Origin: an uncultured Mycoplasmatota bacterium
GTDB taxonomy: Bacteria; Bacillota_I; Bacilli_A; RF39; UBA660
Length of the DNA: 64,000 nucleotides
NCBI GenBank assembly: GCA_937944975.1
Contig: CALEBF010000014.1
Span: forward strand, 82,304-146,303
Direction: 5' to 3'
Shown here: one piece after another, positions 1 through 10,381 of the stretch
How the letters are laid out: each line of letters begins with the position of its first letter
How positions within the stretch are numbered: position 1 is the stretch's first letter
The notes under the pieces: model-generated
The model's input: only the letters and a program-made list of their open reading frames with translations
Database searches by the model: none
Told to the model about the DNA's origin: nothing
Program-made: the position numbers and the translations under genes

Positions 1-2
1 TA

Positions 3-455
3 ATGACTTCAGGAAATATACTAGATTTAAATATATTTCAAGAAGTTGGTGGAATGAAAGATTGGTTTTTTATCGATGGAATCGATCAAGAGTACTGTTT
101 GAATATAAGAAAACACGGATATCAAATTAAAGTGTTTGACGAAATTCATTTAAAGCACTCTCTAGGAAATATTGGAACGAAAAAACTATTTGGAAAAACG
201 GTATCGTTTACCAATCACAGTGCGATGCGACGTTATTTTATCGTTCGCAATCGCTTGTATATTAACGAAATGTATCAATACGACTTTCCTACATTTTGTA
301 AGCAAGAACTTTCTAATAGCAGGAAAGAAGCGGTAAAAATAGTTTTGTTTGAAAAAGATAAGTGGAAAAAAATAAAAGCGACAAGAAGGGCACATCGGGA
401 TTTCAAACACAAAGTAACTGGAATTCCAACTTGGTTGAAGGAGGTTTTAAAGTGA
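3..455 (+). CDS. Glycosyltransferase family 2, C-terminal part (5' truncated by window edge)
   Basis: The ORF runs from the window edge. Its composition resembles the C-terminal region of GT2 rhamnosyl/glycosyltransferases. It ends in TGA overlapping the next gene's GTG start. Confidence 0.45.
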   Translation: MTSGNILDLNIFQEVGGMKDWFFIDGIDQEYCLNIRKHGYQIKVFDEIHLKHSLGNIGTKKLFGKTVSFTNHSAMRRYFIVRNRLYINEMYQYDFPTFCKQELSNSRKEAVKIVLFEKDKWKKIKATRRAHRDFKHKVTGIPTWLKEVLK

Positions 456-2476
456 AACATTATCATTTAGATGAATATTTCTTTGATATCGATAGTAAAA
501 AATTATTTATACGTGGGTGGGCTTTTTTACCATCTTATGAAATTATTGTAGAACTCGATAAGAAAGAAGTTCTTCGAGCTCGTCCAAATGAGTATCGAGT
601 AGATATTTGTCAGAGATATACAGATCAAAAAGACAAGAGTAACTACGGGTTTGAATATACAATACCTGTAGAAAAACAGTATAAGAATATTAAAATTTCT
701 GCTCTTGTCGATGGAAAAAAATATAAGATTTTCTCTTCTCGTATTCCAACGACTACATTGGAAAAGGGAGCAAACCGTATTTATCATCTCGCTGGGAAAA
801 GTATGCGAGTAATAAAAAAGCAAAATGTCAAATTATTAAATCCAAAGTTGATTCATAGATATGTATCTTCTGTTGTAGAAAATAGACAATATCGAAAAGA
901 AGGACAATATTATGTAAATCCGAATAATTCATTTCAATATCGTACATGGGCTTTAGAAAAGGAAAAAAGAGAACAGGAACCTTATAAAGAGATGGAATAT
1001 CAACCATTGATTTCTATTTTAGTTCCAGTTTATAACGTACCTACAGTTTATTTAAAAGCTTGTATTGAATCTGTATTAGAGCAGACGTATCCAAATTTCG
1101 AACTCTGTATCGCAGATGATTGTTCGACAGATCCAGAGATTAAAAGAGTATTGGATGCTTACAAAGAGAAAGATGAACGAATCAAGGTTGTATATCGTAA
1201 GAAGAATGGACATATTTCTCGTGCGACAAATTCAGCACTAGAGATAGCAACTGGAGATTTTATTGCATTACTAGATAATGATGATGTTTTAACGAAGGAT
1301 GCACTATATCAAGTTGTAAAAGCCTTGAATCAAAATCCTAAGTTAGATTTAATTTATAGTGATGAAGACAAGATGGATCAGGGTGGAAATTTATGTTTCC
1401 CAACATACAAGCCAGATTGGTCTCCGGAATTATTTTTCTGTTATAATTATCTTTGTCACTTTACGACGATTCGTAGATCTATCATGGACAAGATTCACGG
1501 ATTCCGCGTTGGATATGAAGGAGCACAAGACTACGATTTATTCTTACGTGTCGTAGCTGCAACGAAAGATAAAAATATTTATCATATTCCAAAAATTTTA
1601 TATCATTGGCGTATGATTCCAGGTTCGACAGCAGCGATTATGAGCAACAAAAGTTATGCGTTCGATCGTGGAAAGAAAGCATTGCAAGATTCCTTTGACA
1701 AGAAGAAAATTGCATGTCATGTCTCTCGTGTACCGAAGTTCCCATACTATTATCCAAAATATAAAGTTTCTAAAACAAATATGATTACAGTAATTATTAC
1801 TGGAAACGATAAAAAGGCAAAAAGCTGTCAAGAACAACTTGAGAAGTTTACAGATTATAAACGTATGGAAATATTGCTTTCAAAAGATGAGTCATTTGAC
1901 GAGTTAGTAGAAAAGGCAAAAGGGAAATATATCGTCGTTATGGATGCGACAACACAATTGCAAAAAGAATCTTCGATTTATAGTTTGATTCAATTTGCAG
2001 CTGTTGATCATGTTGGAGTCGTTTCTCCATCTATTCGAAAAAAGAATAGTTATTTTAAGTCTTCGGGAGTGATTTTATTTAAAGATCATTTCAAACATGT
2101 CTTATATTCAGGAAGACAGAAGACAACGGCGGTAGAGCCAAAGTTAAAAATACCAGTAAATTATTCTGTTCCAGGAACGAAAGTAATGGTATTTGATAAA
2201 GAGAAGTATTTAAAAGTAAATCGAAAACTGAAGATAGATGGAATGCCAACGGAAATAGATTGGATCAAAATTTGCTTAAATTTCATTAAAAAGGGATATT
2301 ACAATGTGTGTGATTCTTCGAATGAATACGTTTGTTCAGGAGATTTAGAACTTCCTTATGAAGAGGAAGCATATCAGGCATTAAAAGTAAAACAAGATCC
2401 ATTTTATAATCCGAACTATAGTAAAACATATATGTTTAAATTAGATAAGTTAGAGGAGACAACAGATGAAAAATAA
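452..2476 (+). CDS. Large multidomain glycosyltransferase (central GT2 domain)
   Basis: A GTG start at 452 is preceded by the RBS GAAGGAGG 7 nt upstream, and the GTGA overlaps the previous stop. The internal motif 'ISILVPVYNVPTVYLKACIESVLEQTYPNFELCIADDCSTD' is a typical GT2 N-terminal signature with a DDxS/DxD context. About 675 aa, with extra N- and C-terminal domains. Confidence 0.7.
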   Translation: MKHYHLDEYFFDIDSKKLFIRGWAFLPSYEIIVELDKKEVLRARPNEYRVDICQRYTDQKDKSNYGFEYTIPVEKQYKNIKISALVDGKKYKIFSSRIPTTTLEKGANRIYHLAGKSMRVIKKQNVKLLNPKLIHRYVSSVVENRQYRKEGQYYVNPNNSFQYRTWALEKEKREQEPYKEMEYQPLISILVPVYNVPTVYLKACIESVLEQTYPNFELCIADDCSTDPEIKRVLDAYKEKDERIKVVYRKKNGHISRATNSALEIATGDFIALLDNDDVLTKDALYQVVKALNQNPKLDLIYSDEDKMDQGGNLCFPTYKPDWSPELFFCYNYLCHFTTIRRSIMDKIHGFRVGYEGAQDYDLFLRVVAATKDKNIYHIPKILYHWRMIPGSTAAIMSNKSYAFDRGKKALQDSFDKKKIACHVSRVPKFPYYYPKYKVSKTNMITVIITGNDKKAKSCQEQLEKFTDYKRMEILLSKDESFDELVEKAKGKYIVVMDATTQLQKESSIYSLIQFAAVDHVGVVSPSIRKKNSYFKSSGVILFKDHFKHVLYSGRQKTTAVEPKLKIPVNYSVPGTKVMVFDKEKYLKVNRKLKIDGMPTEIDWIKICLNFIKKGYYNVCDSSNEYVCSGDLELPYEEEAYQALKVKQDPFYNPNYSKTYMFKLDKLEETTDEK

Positions 2477-3662
2477 AATAAAAGAATTCGCAAAAAAATC
2501 AAAACATGTGACAGCTCTATATAACCGTGTTGTTCGTAATCGAAAGACTGAAGATGTCGAGAAGATCGTGAATCAATATTATCCAACACAAGGGAAGCGA
2601 ATTATTTTAATTGGACACAGTGGTGGATTAGGTGGAGCAGAAACTTTGTTGAAGAACATGATGAAAGAATTTGTCAGTCAAGGAATTCAAATTGTAACCC
2701 TTGTTCGGGGAGATGGACCTATCATTGCATCATATAAAGAAATCGCACCTACGTTTATTATCGATACTCCAGAAAAAAATGAGTATTATATAAAGTCATT
2801 GAAAAAACTAGGATATGATAGTGCGATCTCCAACACGATGACAACGGGAGATTTAATTCCATTGTTGCATGAAAATGGAATCTTCTCAGTCAACCTCATT
2901 CATGAACTTCCAGGAGTGATTCGGTTGTTAAAATGCGAAGAACGTGCCAAAGAAATTGCGGAACATTCTGATTTGGCTGTCTTTCCGGCAAAATATGTAC
3001 GAGATCAATTCGCAACGATCGCACCAATTCACGTAAAAGAGATGATTCAACCACAAGGTCTATATATGAAATACGATCAGTTTGATTATGAAAAATCTCG
3101 TCAGTATATGGAAGAGAAGTACGGAATTCCGAAAGATCATTTCATTATTTTAAATGTAGGTCTCGGTGAGAAGAGAAAAGGATTCGATTTATTTGTTACA
3201 ATGGCAGAAAAACTTCAGGAAGAAGATTATACTTTTATATGGGTCGGATCTTTGGATCAAGAGATGAAAACTACGTATGGAGATAGAATTCATAAGTTGA
3301 AAAACTTTGTACTTCCTGGATTTATTAGTGAAAAAGATACATTTATGAAATTTTATGACGCTTGTAATTTATTCGTATTGACCTCTAGGGAAGATCCATT
3401 CCCATCTGTTGTATTAGAAGCGTTCAATGCAGAGAAACCTGTCATCGCTTTTGAAAATGCAGGTGGATTTCAAGATATTGTTCGAAATGATGAAAGTGGA
3501 TATCTTGTCACTTATGAAGATATAGATGCCATGATGGATAAAATGAAAATGTTGAAAGATGATCCAAAACTATGCAAAAAATTGGGGAAACGAGCTAAGA
3601 AAATTTGCGATCAACATAGTTTTCAACATTATATTGAAGTACTAACGAAAGCATGTAAATGA
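2466..3662 (+). CDS. Glycosyltransferase family 4 (GT-B, retaining)
   Basis: The C-terminal motif 'EDPFPSVVLEAFNAEKPVIAFENAGGFQDIV' is the EX7E motif of GT4 enzymes. An RBS is present and the gene overlaps the upstream stop. Confidence 0.75.
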   Translation: MKNKIKEFAKKSKHVTALYNRVVRNRKTEDVEKIVNQYYPTQGKRIILIGHSGGLGGAETLLKNMMKEFVSQGIQIVTLVRGDGPIIASYKEIAPTFIIDTPEKNEYYIKSLKKLGYDSAISNTMTTGDLIPLLHENGIFSVNLIHELPGVIRLLKCEERAKEIAEHSDLAVFPAKYVRDQFATIAPIHVKEMIQPQGLYMKYDQFDYEKSRQYMEEKYGIPKDHFIILNVGLGEKRKGFDLFVTMAEKLQEEDYTFIWVGSLDQEMKTTYGDRIHKLKNFVLPGFISEKDTFMKFYDACNLFVLTSREDPFPSVVLEAFNAEKPVIAFENAGGFQDIVRNDESGYLVTYEDIDAMMDKMKMLKDDPKLCKKLGKRAKKICDQHSFQHYIEVLTKACK

Positions 3663-3671
3663 GGTGAAAAA

Positions 3672-4502
3672 ATGCAGGAACAAAAATATAAGGTAAGTGT
3701 AATCATACCAAATTATAATTATGCAGGTTACTTAAAAAAACGAATTAAGGTAATAGAAAAACAGACGTATCCTATCTACGAACTCATCGTGTTAGATGAT
3801 TGTTCTACGGATAAAAGTCGTGCAGTCATTGAAAAAATGGCCAAAAAATATCCAATCAAAATGATATTTAATGAGGAAAATAGTGGATGTGTCTTTAAAC
3901 AGTGGCAAAAGGGAATTGAAGCTGCAACAGGAGATTACATTTGGATCGCAGAGGCTGACGATCAAGCGGATAAGAGATTTTTAGAAAATATGGTAAAAAA
4001 GTTTGAAGATCCAGAAGTAGTCCTTGCTTTTTCTGATTCGAAACAAATTAACGAACGTGGAAGAGTTATTCGAAAAACATGTAGTGATTTAGCAGACGAA
4101 CATCAAGATGGAAGATACCACTCTGACTATGTTAATGATGGAATCGATGAAATTACGAATTATTTGATCGTAAAGAATTATATTTACAATGCTTCTGGTG
4201 TCGTTTTTAAAAATGGTGATTACCACGATATCTTAGAAGAGTGTACGAAATTCCATTTGGCAGGAGATTGGTATTTCTACATTCAAGTATTGAAAAGAGG
4301 AAAAGTTGCATATGTAGCAAAACCTCTCAATTATCATCGCATTCATACGAATAGTGTAACGAAGACGACGAAGAAGCAAAATCACTATGACGAAGTTGTT
4401 AGAATTCAAGAAGAAATCAAAAAGGAATATCCCGTTTCAGAACAAGTTTTAAAAGAAGTAGAAGATCAAAGGCAAAAATTAAAACAAGTCCTAGGATTAT
4501 AG
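3672..4502 (+). CDS. Glycosyltransferase family 2
   Basis: 'YKVSVIIPNYNYAGYLKKRIKVIEKQTYPIYELIVLDDCSTDKS' is a GT2 signature. The RBS GAGGTGA lies upstream. Confidence 0.75.
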   Translation: MQEQKYKVSVIIPNYNYAGYLKKRIKVIEKQTYPIYELIVLDDCSTDKSRAVIEKMAKKYPIKMIFNEENSGCVFKQWQKGIEAATGDYIWIAEADDQADKRFLENMVKKFEDPEVVLAFSDSKQINERGRVIRKTCSDLADEHQDGRYHSDYVNDGIDEITNYLIVKNYIYNASGVVFKNGDYHDILEECTKFHLAGDWYFYIQVLKRGKVAYVAKPLNYHRIHTNSVTKTTKKQNHYDEVVRIQEEIKKEYPVSEQVLKEVEDQRQKLKQVLGL

Positions 4503-4511
4503 GAGGAATAC

Positions 4512-5468
4512 ATGAAAATGTTAGTATTAGGAGGTCAAGGATTCATTGGCCAGAATTTATGTCAACGTTTATTATCTGAAGGGCATGACATTAGAGTACT
4601 TGAGTATAATGTGAACCCGGCGAGATGTTTAGAAGGTGTTTTATATAAACAAGGAAATTTTACGGACATCGATACGTACAAAGATATGTTGAAAGATGTC
4701 GACGTCGTTTATCATTTGATTAGTACGACAAATGCAAATAATTCCAATCGTGAGATCAAACGCGATATAGAGCAGAACGTTATAGGAACGGTAAACCTTT
4801 TGGATGCTTGTGTAGAAGCTGGAATTAAAAAAGTGGTGTTTACATCGAGTGGAGGAACCATTTATGGAATTCCAAAAGAGGTACCGATCCCAGAAACACA
4901 TCCAAACAATCCGATTTGCTCTTATGGAATTACAAAGTTGGCTATCGAAAAATATTTGAATTTATATCATCATTTATATGGTCTCGATTATGTTTCATTA
5001 CGCTTATCTAATCCTTATGGACCACTTCATCAATCTATGACACAAGGGCTCATCAATGTGATCTTACAAAAAGTAATCAAAGGAGAGCCAATCGAAGTTT
5101 GGGGAGATGGAAAAGTGGAACGCGACTATATCTATATCGATGATGTAATCGATGTTTTAGATATGGTTAAGGATAGAACAGTGGAAGAAAAAGTGTTCAA
5201 TGTTGGAAGTGGACAATCTCATTCTATCTGTGATATAATAAACGAAGTCGAATCGGTGATTGGGGAAAAAGTGCCTGTTATTTATAAAGAGGCAAGGTCA
5301 CAAGATGTACCTGTAAACGTATTGGATATAAAGCGAATTAAGACTTATTTTAGTTGGGAACCAAAGGTAAGCCTTTCTCGCGGAATTCATTTGACCTATC
5401 GCGATTTAATTACAAATAACCTCCATGGGGAGAAAGAGGTGAATGGTTTTGAGAAAATCCAAAAATAA
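4512..5468 (+). CDS. NAD-dependent epimerase/dehydratase (UDP-sugar 4-epimerase family)
   Basis: N-terminal Rossmann motif 'LVLGGQGFIGQNL'. Catalytic YxxxK in 'YGITKLAIEKY'. RBS AGGAGGAA. Confidence 0.75.
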   Translation: MKMLVLGGQGFIGQNLCQRLLSEGHDIRVLEYNVNPARCLEGVLYKQGNFTDIDTYKDMLKDVDVVYHLISTTNANNSNREIKRDIEQNVIGTVNLLDACVEAGIKKVVFTSSGGTIYGIPKEVPIPETHPNNPICSYGITKLAIEKYLNLYHHLYGLDYVSLRLSNPYGPLHQSMTQGLINVILQKVIKGEPIEVWGDGKVERDYIYIDDVIDVLDMVKDRTVEEKVFNVGSGQSHSICDIINEVESVIGEKVPVIYKEARSQDVPVNVLDIKRIKTYFSWEPKVSLSRGIHLTYRDLITNNLHGEKEVNGFEKIQK

Positions 5469-6198
5469 AGATGACGTTGTGATTAAGGTTTCGCACGTAT
5501 CGAAGCATTTTAATGTGTACTATGATAAAGCGAATACATTAAAGGAGAGAATGATCTTTTTTAACCGTAATAAAAAAGAGGTTAGAAATGTCTTACAAGA
5601 TATCAATTTGGAAATTAAAAAAGGTGAGACAGTCGCACTTATCGGAGTAAATGGAAGTGGAAAATCTACTTTATTAAAGTTACTAACAAAGATTATTTAT
5701 CCAAATAGTGGAACAATTGAAATTAAAGGGAAATTAACTTCTTTACTCGAATTAGGAGCAGGATTTCACCCTGACTTTTCTGGTAGAGAAAACATTTACT
5801 TTAATGCATCTATCTTCGGATTAAATAAAGCACAGATCGATCAACGTATCGATGATATTATCGCGTTTTCTGAATTGGGAGATTACATCGATAATCCAAT
5901 TCGTACATACTCTTCAGGAATGTATATGCGCCTTGCGTTTGCGGTCGCTATTAACGTAGATGCAGATATTCTATTGATCGACGAAGTCCTTGCGGTTGGA
6001 GACCAACATTTTCAAGAAAAATGTTTGAACAAGATGAAAGAGTTAAAGAGCGAGGGAAAAACGATGGTATTTGTCAGCCACTCGATGGATGCTGTTAAGT
6101 TTTTATGTGACCGTTCTGTTTGGTTATATAATGGAAAAATTAGAGAAGATGGAAAAACAGATAAAGTAATCGAAGAATACTTGAAAGAGTGTGCATAA
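5443..6198 (+). CDS. Polysaccharide/teichoic-acid export ABC transporter ATP-binding protein (Wzt/TagH-like, short form without a C-terminal glycan-binding domain)
   Basis: Walker A 'GVNGSGKSTLLK', ABC signature 'YSSGMYMRLAFA', Walker B 'LLIDEVLAVGD'. It overlaps the upstream gene's end. Confidence 0.8.
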   Translation: MVLRKSKNKDDVVIKVSHVSKHFNVYYDKANTLKERMIFFNRNKKEVRNVLQDINLEIKKGETVALIGVNGSGKSTLLKLLTKIIYPNSGTIEIKGKLTSLLELGAGFHPDFSGRENIYFNASIFGLNKAQIDQRIDDIIAFSELGDYIDNPIRTYSSGMYMRLAFAVAINVDADILLIDEVLAVGDQHFQEKCLNKMKELKSEGKTMVFVSHSMDAVKFLCDRSVWLYNGKIREDGKTDKVIEEYLKECA

Positions 6199-6209
6199 GA
6201 GGTGATAGG

Positions 6210-6983
6210 ATGAAATTGTTTAAAGAATTATATCAATATAGAGAATTTTTAAAAACGTCAATTCGTAAAGAATTTCGTGGAAAATACAAGAAATCATTTC
6301 TTGGGGTTCTCTGGTCATTTATTAATCCATTACTTCAGCTTTTAGTATACGCACTTGTCTTTCCATTCATCATGCGTGTGCAGGTAGAAAATTATACGAT
6401 GTTCTTGATCGTTACTTTGATTCCATGGAACTTCTTTAATGCCACGGTTTGTCAAAGTACATCGACGATCATCGCTTCTTCGGGAATTATTAAAAAAGTA
6501 TATTTTCCAAGGGAAATTTTACCGATTTCAAATGTAACGAGTAATTTACTAAACTTTTTAATTTCATGTATTATTATCGTAGCCGCATTATTTATTAGTG
6601 GAATTGGAATTGGAGCAAGTATTATTTATTTACCAATTATCGTATTATTACAATATATATTTTCACTTGCTATCTCATTTATTCTATCTTCCATTACCGT
6701 ATATATTCGAGACTTAGAGTATTTCGTAAGTGTCCTTATGATGCTATGGTTCTATTTGACGCCAGTATTATATGAAATTACGATGATTCCTGCCCAATTC
6801 CGTGCAATCTTTAATTTAAATCCAATGGTGCACATTATTACAGCATATCGTGATATTTTGTATTATCAAAGAACACCAGATATGTTAGTTATCCTTGGAT
6901 TATTGGGTGGATGTATATTATTGTTAGTATTAGGATACTTTATATTTAATAAGTGTGAGAAAAAGTTCGCAGAGGAATTATAA
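6210..6983 (+). CDS. ABC-2 type polysaccharide export permease (Wzm/TagG-like)
   Basis: The ATG at 6210 follows a GAGGTGA RBS; the upstream M at 6189 lacks one. The protein has six predicted TM helices and typical ABC-2 architecture, and sits directly after the ATPase. Confidence 0.7.
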   Translation: MKLFKELYQYREFLKTSIRKEFRGKYKKSFLGVLWSFINPLLQLLVYALVFPFIMRVQVENYTMFLIVTLIPWNFFNATVCQSTSTIIASSGIIKKVYFPREILPISNVTSNLLNFLISCIIIVAALFISGIGIGASIIYLPIIVLLQYIFSLAISFILSSITVYIRDLEYFVSVLMMLWFYLTPVLYEITMIPAQFRAIFNLNPMVHIITAYRDILYYQRTPDMLVILGLLGGCILLLVLGYFIFNKCEKKFAEEL

Positions 6984-6996
6984 TATAGGAGGAAAA

Positions 6997-8691
6997 ATGA
7001 AAAAGGAAAACTTGAAGTTTTTGTTGCTATTTATTTGTATCCTGTTAGGACTCTTTTTTCTCTATGGAGCAATATTTGAAAGTAATGATCTAATAAAAGT
7101 GTGGGACCATGCCACTTATTGGCTTACGACATTAGGACAGAGGGCAGCACTTTTGACGAAATCCATCGGGGAAAATTTATCTAACGTGTATTACTCTATC
7201 AACCATGATGATTATAATCTATTGCCATCTTTACTATTACAGCCATTCTTTATGTGGTCTAATGGTGATTTTTTTCACTATGGAATGGCGATTGTCATAG
7301 TAGGGTTGATCCCAGCTTATATCTTATATGTACTTCTGTATAGAAAAATATATCAAGAGAAAAAAAACGACTGGAAATATCTATTGGTATTCTTGATACC
7401 ATTCTTAACAACACCACTCATTTATGGTTCTGTTTTAGATGGATATCTAGATATTATAGGCGTGATTCCAATATTGATTATTTTCTATTATACGTACGGA
7501 TATGATTTTGAAACTTTTGATTTTAAGAGAACGGTCATTCTGGCTTTATGTTTCTTCTTTACGATTGTCTTGAGAAGATACTATGTTTATTTTACAGTTT
7601 CATACTTCATTTCCATTGCAATTGTGTATATCATTCGTAAGTTGTTTGTCAATCGAAAATGTAAATTATGGAAGCAGGCAAAAAATGTTTTTATTATAGG
7701 AATTTCTTTTTCGAGCGTCATATTATTATTCTTTCACGAGATGATCGAACATATTATCAAGGGAAACTATGCGACAGCTTATAGTGCCTACTTAGATGGT
7801 GGATTATTTATTCAATTGTGGGATTTGATTACAAAACTAGGAATTGTCGTTGCAATATTATTTGTCGTTGCGACAGTCTATTTATGGATGCGAAAGAAGG
7901 AAAGCAGGGAATTTATCGCCATTTTAGTATTGAATATGGTAATTACAATTTTACTATTTAATTCGATTCAAACGATGGATCAACATCATTACTATACGAT
8001 CATTTTCAATATTACAATTATCATCTCTATGTTTATGGTGGAACTTGCAAAAAATATAAAAGAGAACGGCAATCGAAGATTGTATCAAGTTGGATTAGTT
8101 TTAGTTTGCTTGATTCAATTTATGACATATAGTGTTGCTATTTTGAGAATACCTCAATCGGGTCTTCCAGTGTTTACCAAAACTTACTTTACATATCGTG
8201 ACGCACAGCGTGAAGCTTTGAGGCCAGTGATGGAATATACGAAAGAGATGATTGAAAAGGAGCCAGAACTATCTATTTATACGATAGCAAGTTCTCATGT
8301 TTACAATAATGAAACGTTTGCAAACTATGATCTTCCAGATGTTACATTGCGCAGTAAGTTTGTAGCAACGCCGAACGTGGATTTACGAGATGGATTTTCT
8401 GATCAAATTTACAAGGCAACTTATGTATATTTAGTTACGCCAGTTCAACATCACTTAGATTTAAAAGATCAACAAGTAGTAGAAGTTTTATGGAATGCGA
8501 TAGAGAAAGATACTCCGATTCGTAGTAATTATCAGTTAGAAAAAGAATTCGAGGTTCCTGGAAGTACTCTAAAAATTTATAAAAAGATCGAGGACTATTC
8601 GACCGAAGATAAAGAGTATTTGAAAGATCAGTTTAATAAGTCATACTCTGATTACAAAGAGTTATTTGAAGACCGCATTATGGCGGGATAA
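6997..8691 (+). CDS. Large polytopic membrane protein of the glycan locus (possible GT-C-like transferase/polymerase); function unknown
   Basis: ATG at 6997 after AGGAGGAAAA. There are more than 10 hydrophobic helices in the N-terminal 400 aa, followed by a roughly 170 aa soluble C-terminal domain. No motif I can name. Confidence 0.4.
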   Translation: MKKENLKFLLLFICILLGLFFLYGAIFESNDLIKVWDHATYWLTTLGQRAALLTKSIGENLSNVYYSINHDDYNLLPSLLLQPFFMWSNGDFFHYGMAIVIVGLIPAYILYVLLYRKIYQEKKNDWKYLLVFLIPFLTTPLIYGSVLDGYLDIIGVIPILIIFYYTYGYDFETFDFKRTVILALCFFFTIVLRRYYVYFTVSYFISIAIVYIIRKLFVNRKCKLWKQAKNVFIIGISFSSVILLFFHEMIEHIIKGNYATAYSAYLDGGLFIQLWDLITKLGIVVAILFVVATVYLWMRKKESREFIAILVLNMVITILLFNSIQTMDQHHYYTIIFNITIIISMFMVELAKNIKENGNRRLYQVGLVLVCLIQFMTYSVAILRIPQSGLPVFTKTYFTYRDAQREALRPVMEYTKEMIEKEPELSIYTIASSHVYNNETFANYDLPDVTLRSKFVATPNVDLRDGFSDQIYKATYVYLVTPVQHHLDLKDQQVVEVLWNAIEKDTPIRSNYQLEKEFEVPGSTLKIYKKIEDYSTEDKEYLKDQFNKSYSDYKELFEDRIMAG

Positions 8692-8708
8692 GAGAAAGTA
8701 GGGATAAA

Positions 8709-9167
8709 ATGGCAAAGAAAGAAGATAAGATTGAAAAGTTAGTTCATAGATGTCTTACAATATGTCATATTCATGTTTCTGATCATCTTGAAAAATTATT
8801 GGTTCAAATCTTTAAATTTGCAATCGTTGGAGTATTTGCAACTCTGATCGATTTTGCCTTTTTGTACATATTTAAAGAATATTGTCATTTTCCAACGATT
8901 CTTGCAAATACGCTATCTTTCGTGATCTCGGTTCTTTATAATTACTGGGCAAGCATTCGCTGGGTATTCGATGTCAATAAAGAAAAAGACGCGAAGAGAA
9001 ATTTTATTTTATTTGTGATTACTAGTGCGATTGGACTTCTCATCAACGATATCATTATGTATATCGTATCAGAAGTATTGCTCGTACATTACATGCTTGC
9101 AAAGATCGCTGCAACAGCAGTAGTTATGGTATTTAACTTTATTACGAGAAAGAAATTTTTAGAGTAG
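8709..9167 (+). CDS. GtrA-family membrane protein (polysaccharide synthesis)
   Basis: Around 150 aa with four TM segments. 'KFAIVGVFATLIDFAFLYIF' and 'LANTLSFVISVLYNYWASIRWVF' match the GtrA pattern. Confidence 0.6.
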   Translation: MAKKEDKIEKLVHRCLTICHIHVSDHLEKLLVQIFKFAIVGVFATLIDFAFLYIFKEYCHFPTILANTLSFVISVLYNYWASIRWVFDVNKEKDAKRNFILFVITSAIGLLINDIIMYIVSEVLLVHYMLAKIAATAVVMVFNFITRKKFLE

Positions 9168-9200
9168 GAAAGTACAAAGTTTGGTACTTTCCTTTTCTTA
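9167..9200 (+). terminator. Rho-independent terminator after gtrA-like gene
   Basis: GGAAAGTAC-(8 nt loop)-GTACTTTCC followed by TTTTCTT. Confidence 0.6.
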
Positions 9201-9238
9201 TTCTTTCGTTTCATGTATAATAAACTTAGGTGATCGTT

Positions 9239-10381
9239 ATGAAAAAAATATCGATTTTAGCATTACACTTAGGCTATGGAGGGATCGAAAAGGCACTTAC
9301 GATGCTCGCCAATGCTTTAGCTGTTACATACGAAGTAGAGATTGCTTCCATTTATCAATTAGAAGAAGAACCTGCTTTTTCGTTAGATAAAAGAGTCAAA
9401 GTTGTCTATTTAAATCCAGGAGTAAAACCAAATAGAGATGAATTTGCAAGTGCAGTGCATCGTAAAAATCCGATTTCCATCTTAAAGGAAGGATTGCGAG
9501 CTTGTAAGGTTTTACGCTTGCGCAAAACATCGATGGTAAAGTACATCAAACAGTGCGATGCAGATATCGTAATCGCGACGCGTGATATTTTAGATCGATG
9601 GTTAGGAAAATACGGAAATTCACAGATGTTCAAAATCGGTTGGGAGCATAATCATCATCATGGAAATATGAAGTATGCAAATAAAATTGTAAAGGCAAAT
9701 CGAAAATTAGATACACTCGTCTTAGTGAGTCGAGATCTAACTGAATTTTATGAAGAGAAACTATCTGGAACGAACTGTCAGTGTGTTTATATTCCTAATA
9801 TTATCGATATGATACCACAAGAAGTATCACCATTAACGGAAAAAAGATTTGTTTCCGTTGGTCGGCTATCTCCAGAAAAGGGATATATAGATTTATTGAA
9901 AATATATGAAAGACTAGTAAAACATGATCCAACTTGGCACTTGGATATCGTAGGGGATGGAAAAGAATTTTCAAAGTTGCAAGAATTTGCAAAACTCCAT
10001 CGGCTTCAAAAGAAAGTTACGTTTCACGGATTTCAAAAGAAAGAATATATCGATGATCTGTTACATCGTTCATCTATTTATTTGATGACGTCTCATACGG
10101 AATCATTTGGAATTGTCTTATTAGAAGCGATGAGTCATGGACTTCCATGTGTTGCTTTTGATAGTGCTGAAGGAGCACGTGAAATTATAGAAAATCAAAA
10201 AAGTGGATTCTTGATCAAACATCGCGATTTTGATCAATATGAACGAGCTGTTGAGACATTAATGGGAAGTATAGAAAAGAGAAGAAAGATGGGGAAAAGA
10301 GGATATCAACTCGTAGGACAATATAGTGAAGATGTCGTAATCGAAAAGTGGATTGATTTGTTAGAAGGGAAAGAAGTATGA
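9239..10381 (+). CDS. Glycosyltransferase family 4
   Basis: ATG 9239 after GGTGA. The C-terminal motif 'ESFGIVLLEAMSHGLPCVAFDSAEGAREII' is the GT4 EX7E signature. Confidence 0.75.
   Translation: MKKISILALHLGYGGIEKALTMLANALAVTYEVEIASIYQLEEEPAFSLDKRVKVVYLNPGVKPNRDEFASAVHRKNPISILKEGLRACKVLRLRKTSMVKYIKQCDADIVIATRDILDRWLGKYGNSQMFKIGWEHNHHHGNMKYANKIVKANRKLDTLVLVSRDLTEFYEEKLSGTNCQCVYIPNIIDMIPQEVSPLTEKRFVSVGRLSPEKGYIDLLKIYERLVKHDPTWHLDIVGDGKEFSKLQEFAKLHRLQKKVTFHGFQKKEYIDDLLHRSSIYLMTSHTESFGIVLLEAMSHGLPCVAFDSAEGAREIIENQKSGFLIKHRDFDQYERAVETLMGSIEKRRKMGKRGYQLVGQYSEDVVIEKWIDLLEGKEV

Noticed and set aside
362-451. The upstream ATG at 362 as the start of the large GT2 gene
   Set aside because: It would overlap the preceding gene by 94 nt with no RBS. 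The GTG at 452 has a strong GAAGGAGG RBS and a 4-nt GTGA stop/start overlap.
9181-9390. 69-aa ORF overlapping the gtrA terminator and the start of the GT4 gene
   Set aside because: It overlaps an intrinsic terminator and the RBS and start of a well-supported GT4 gene in another frame, and has no RBS.
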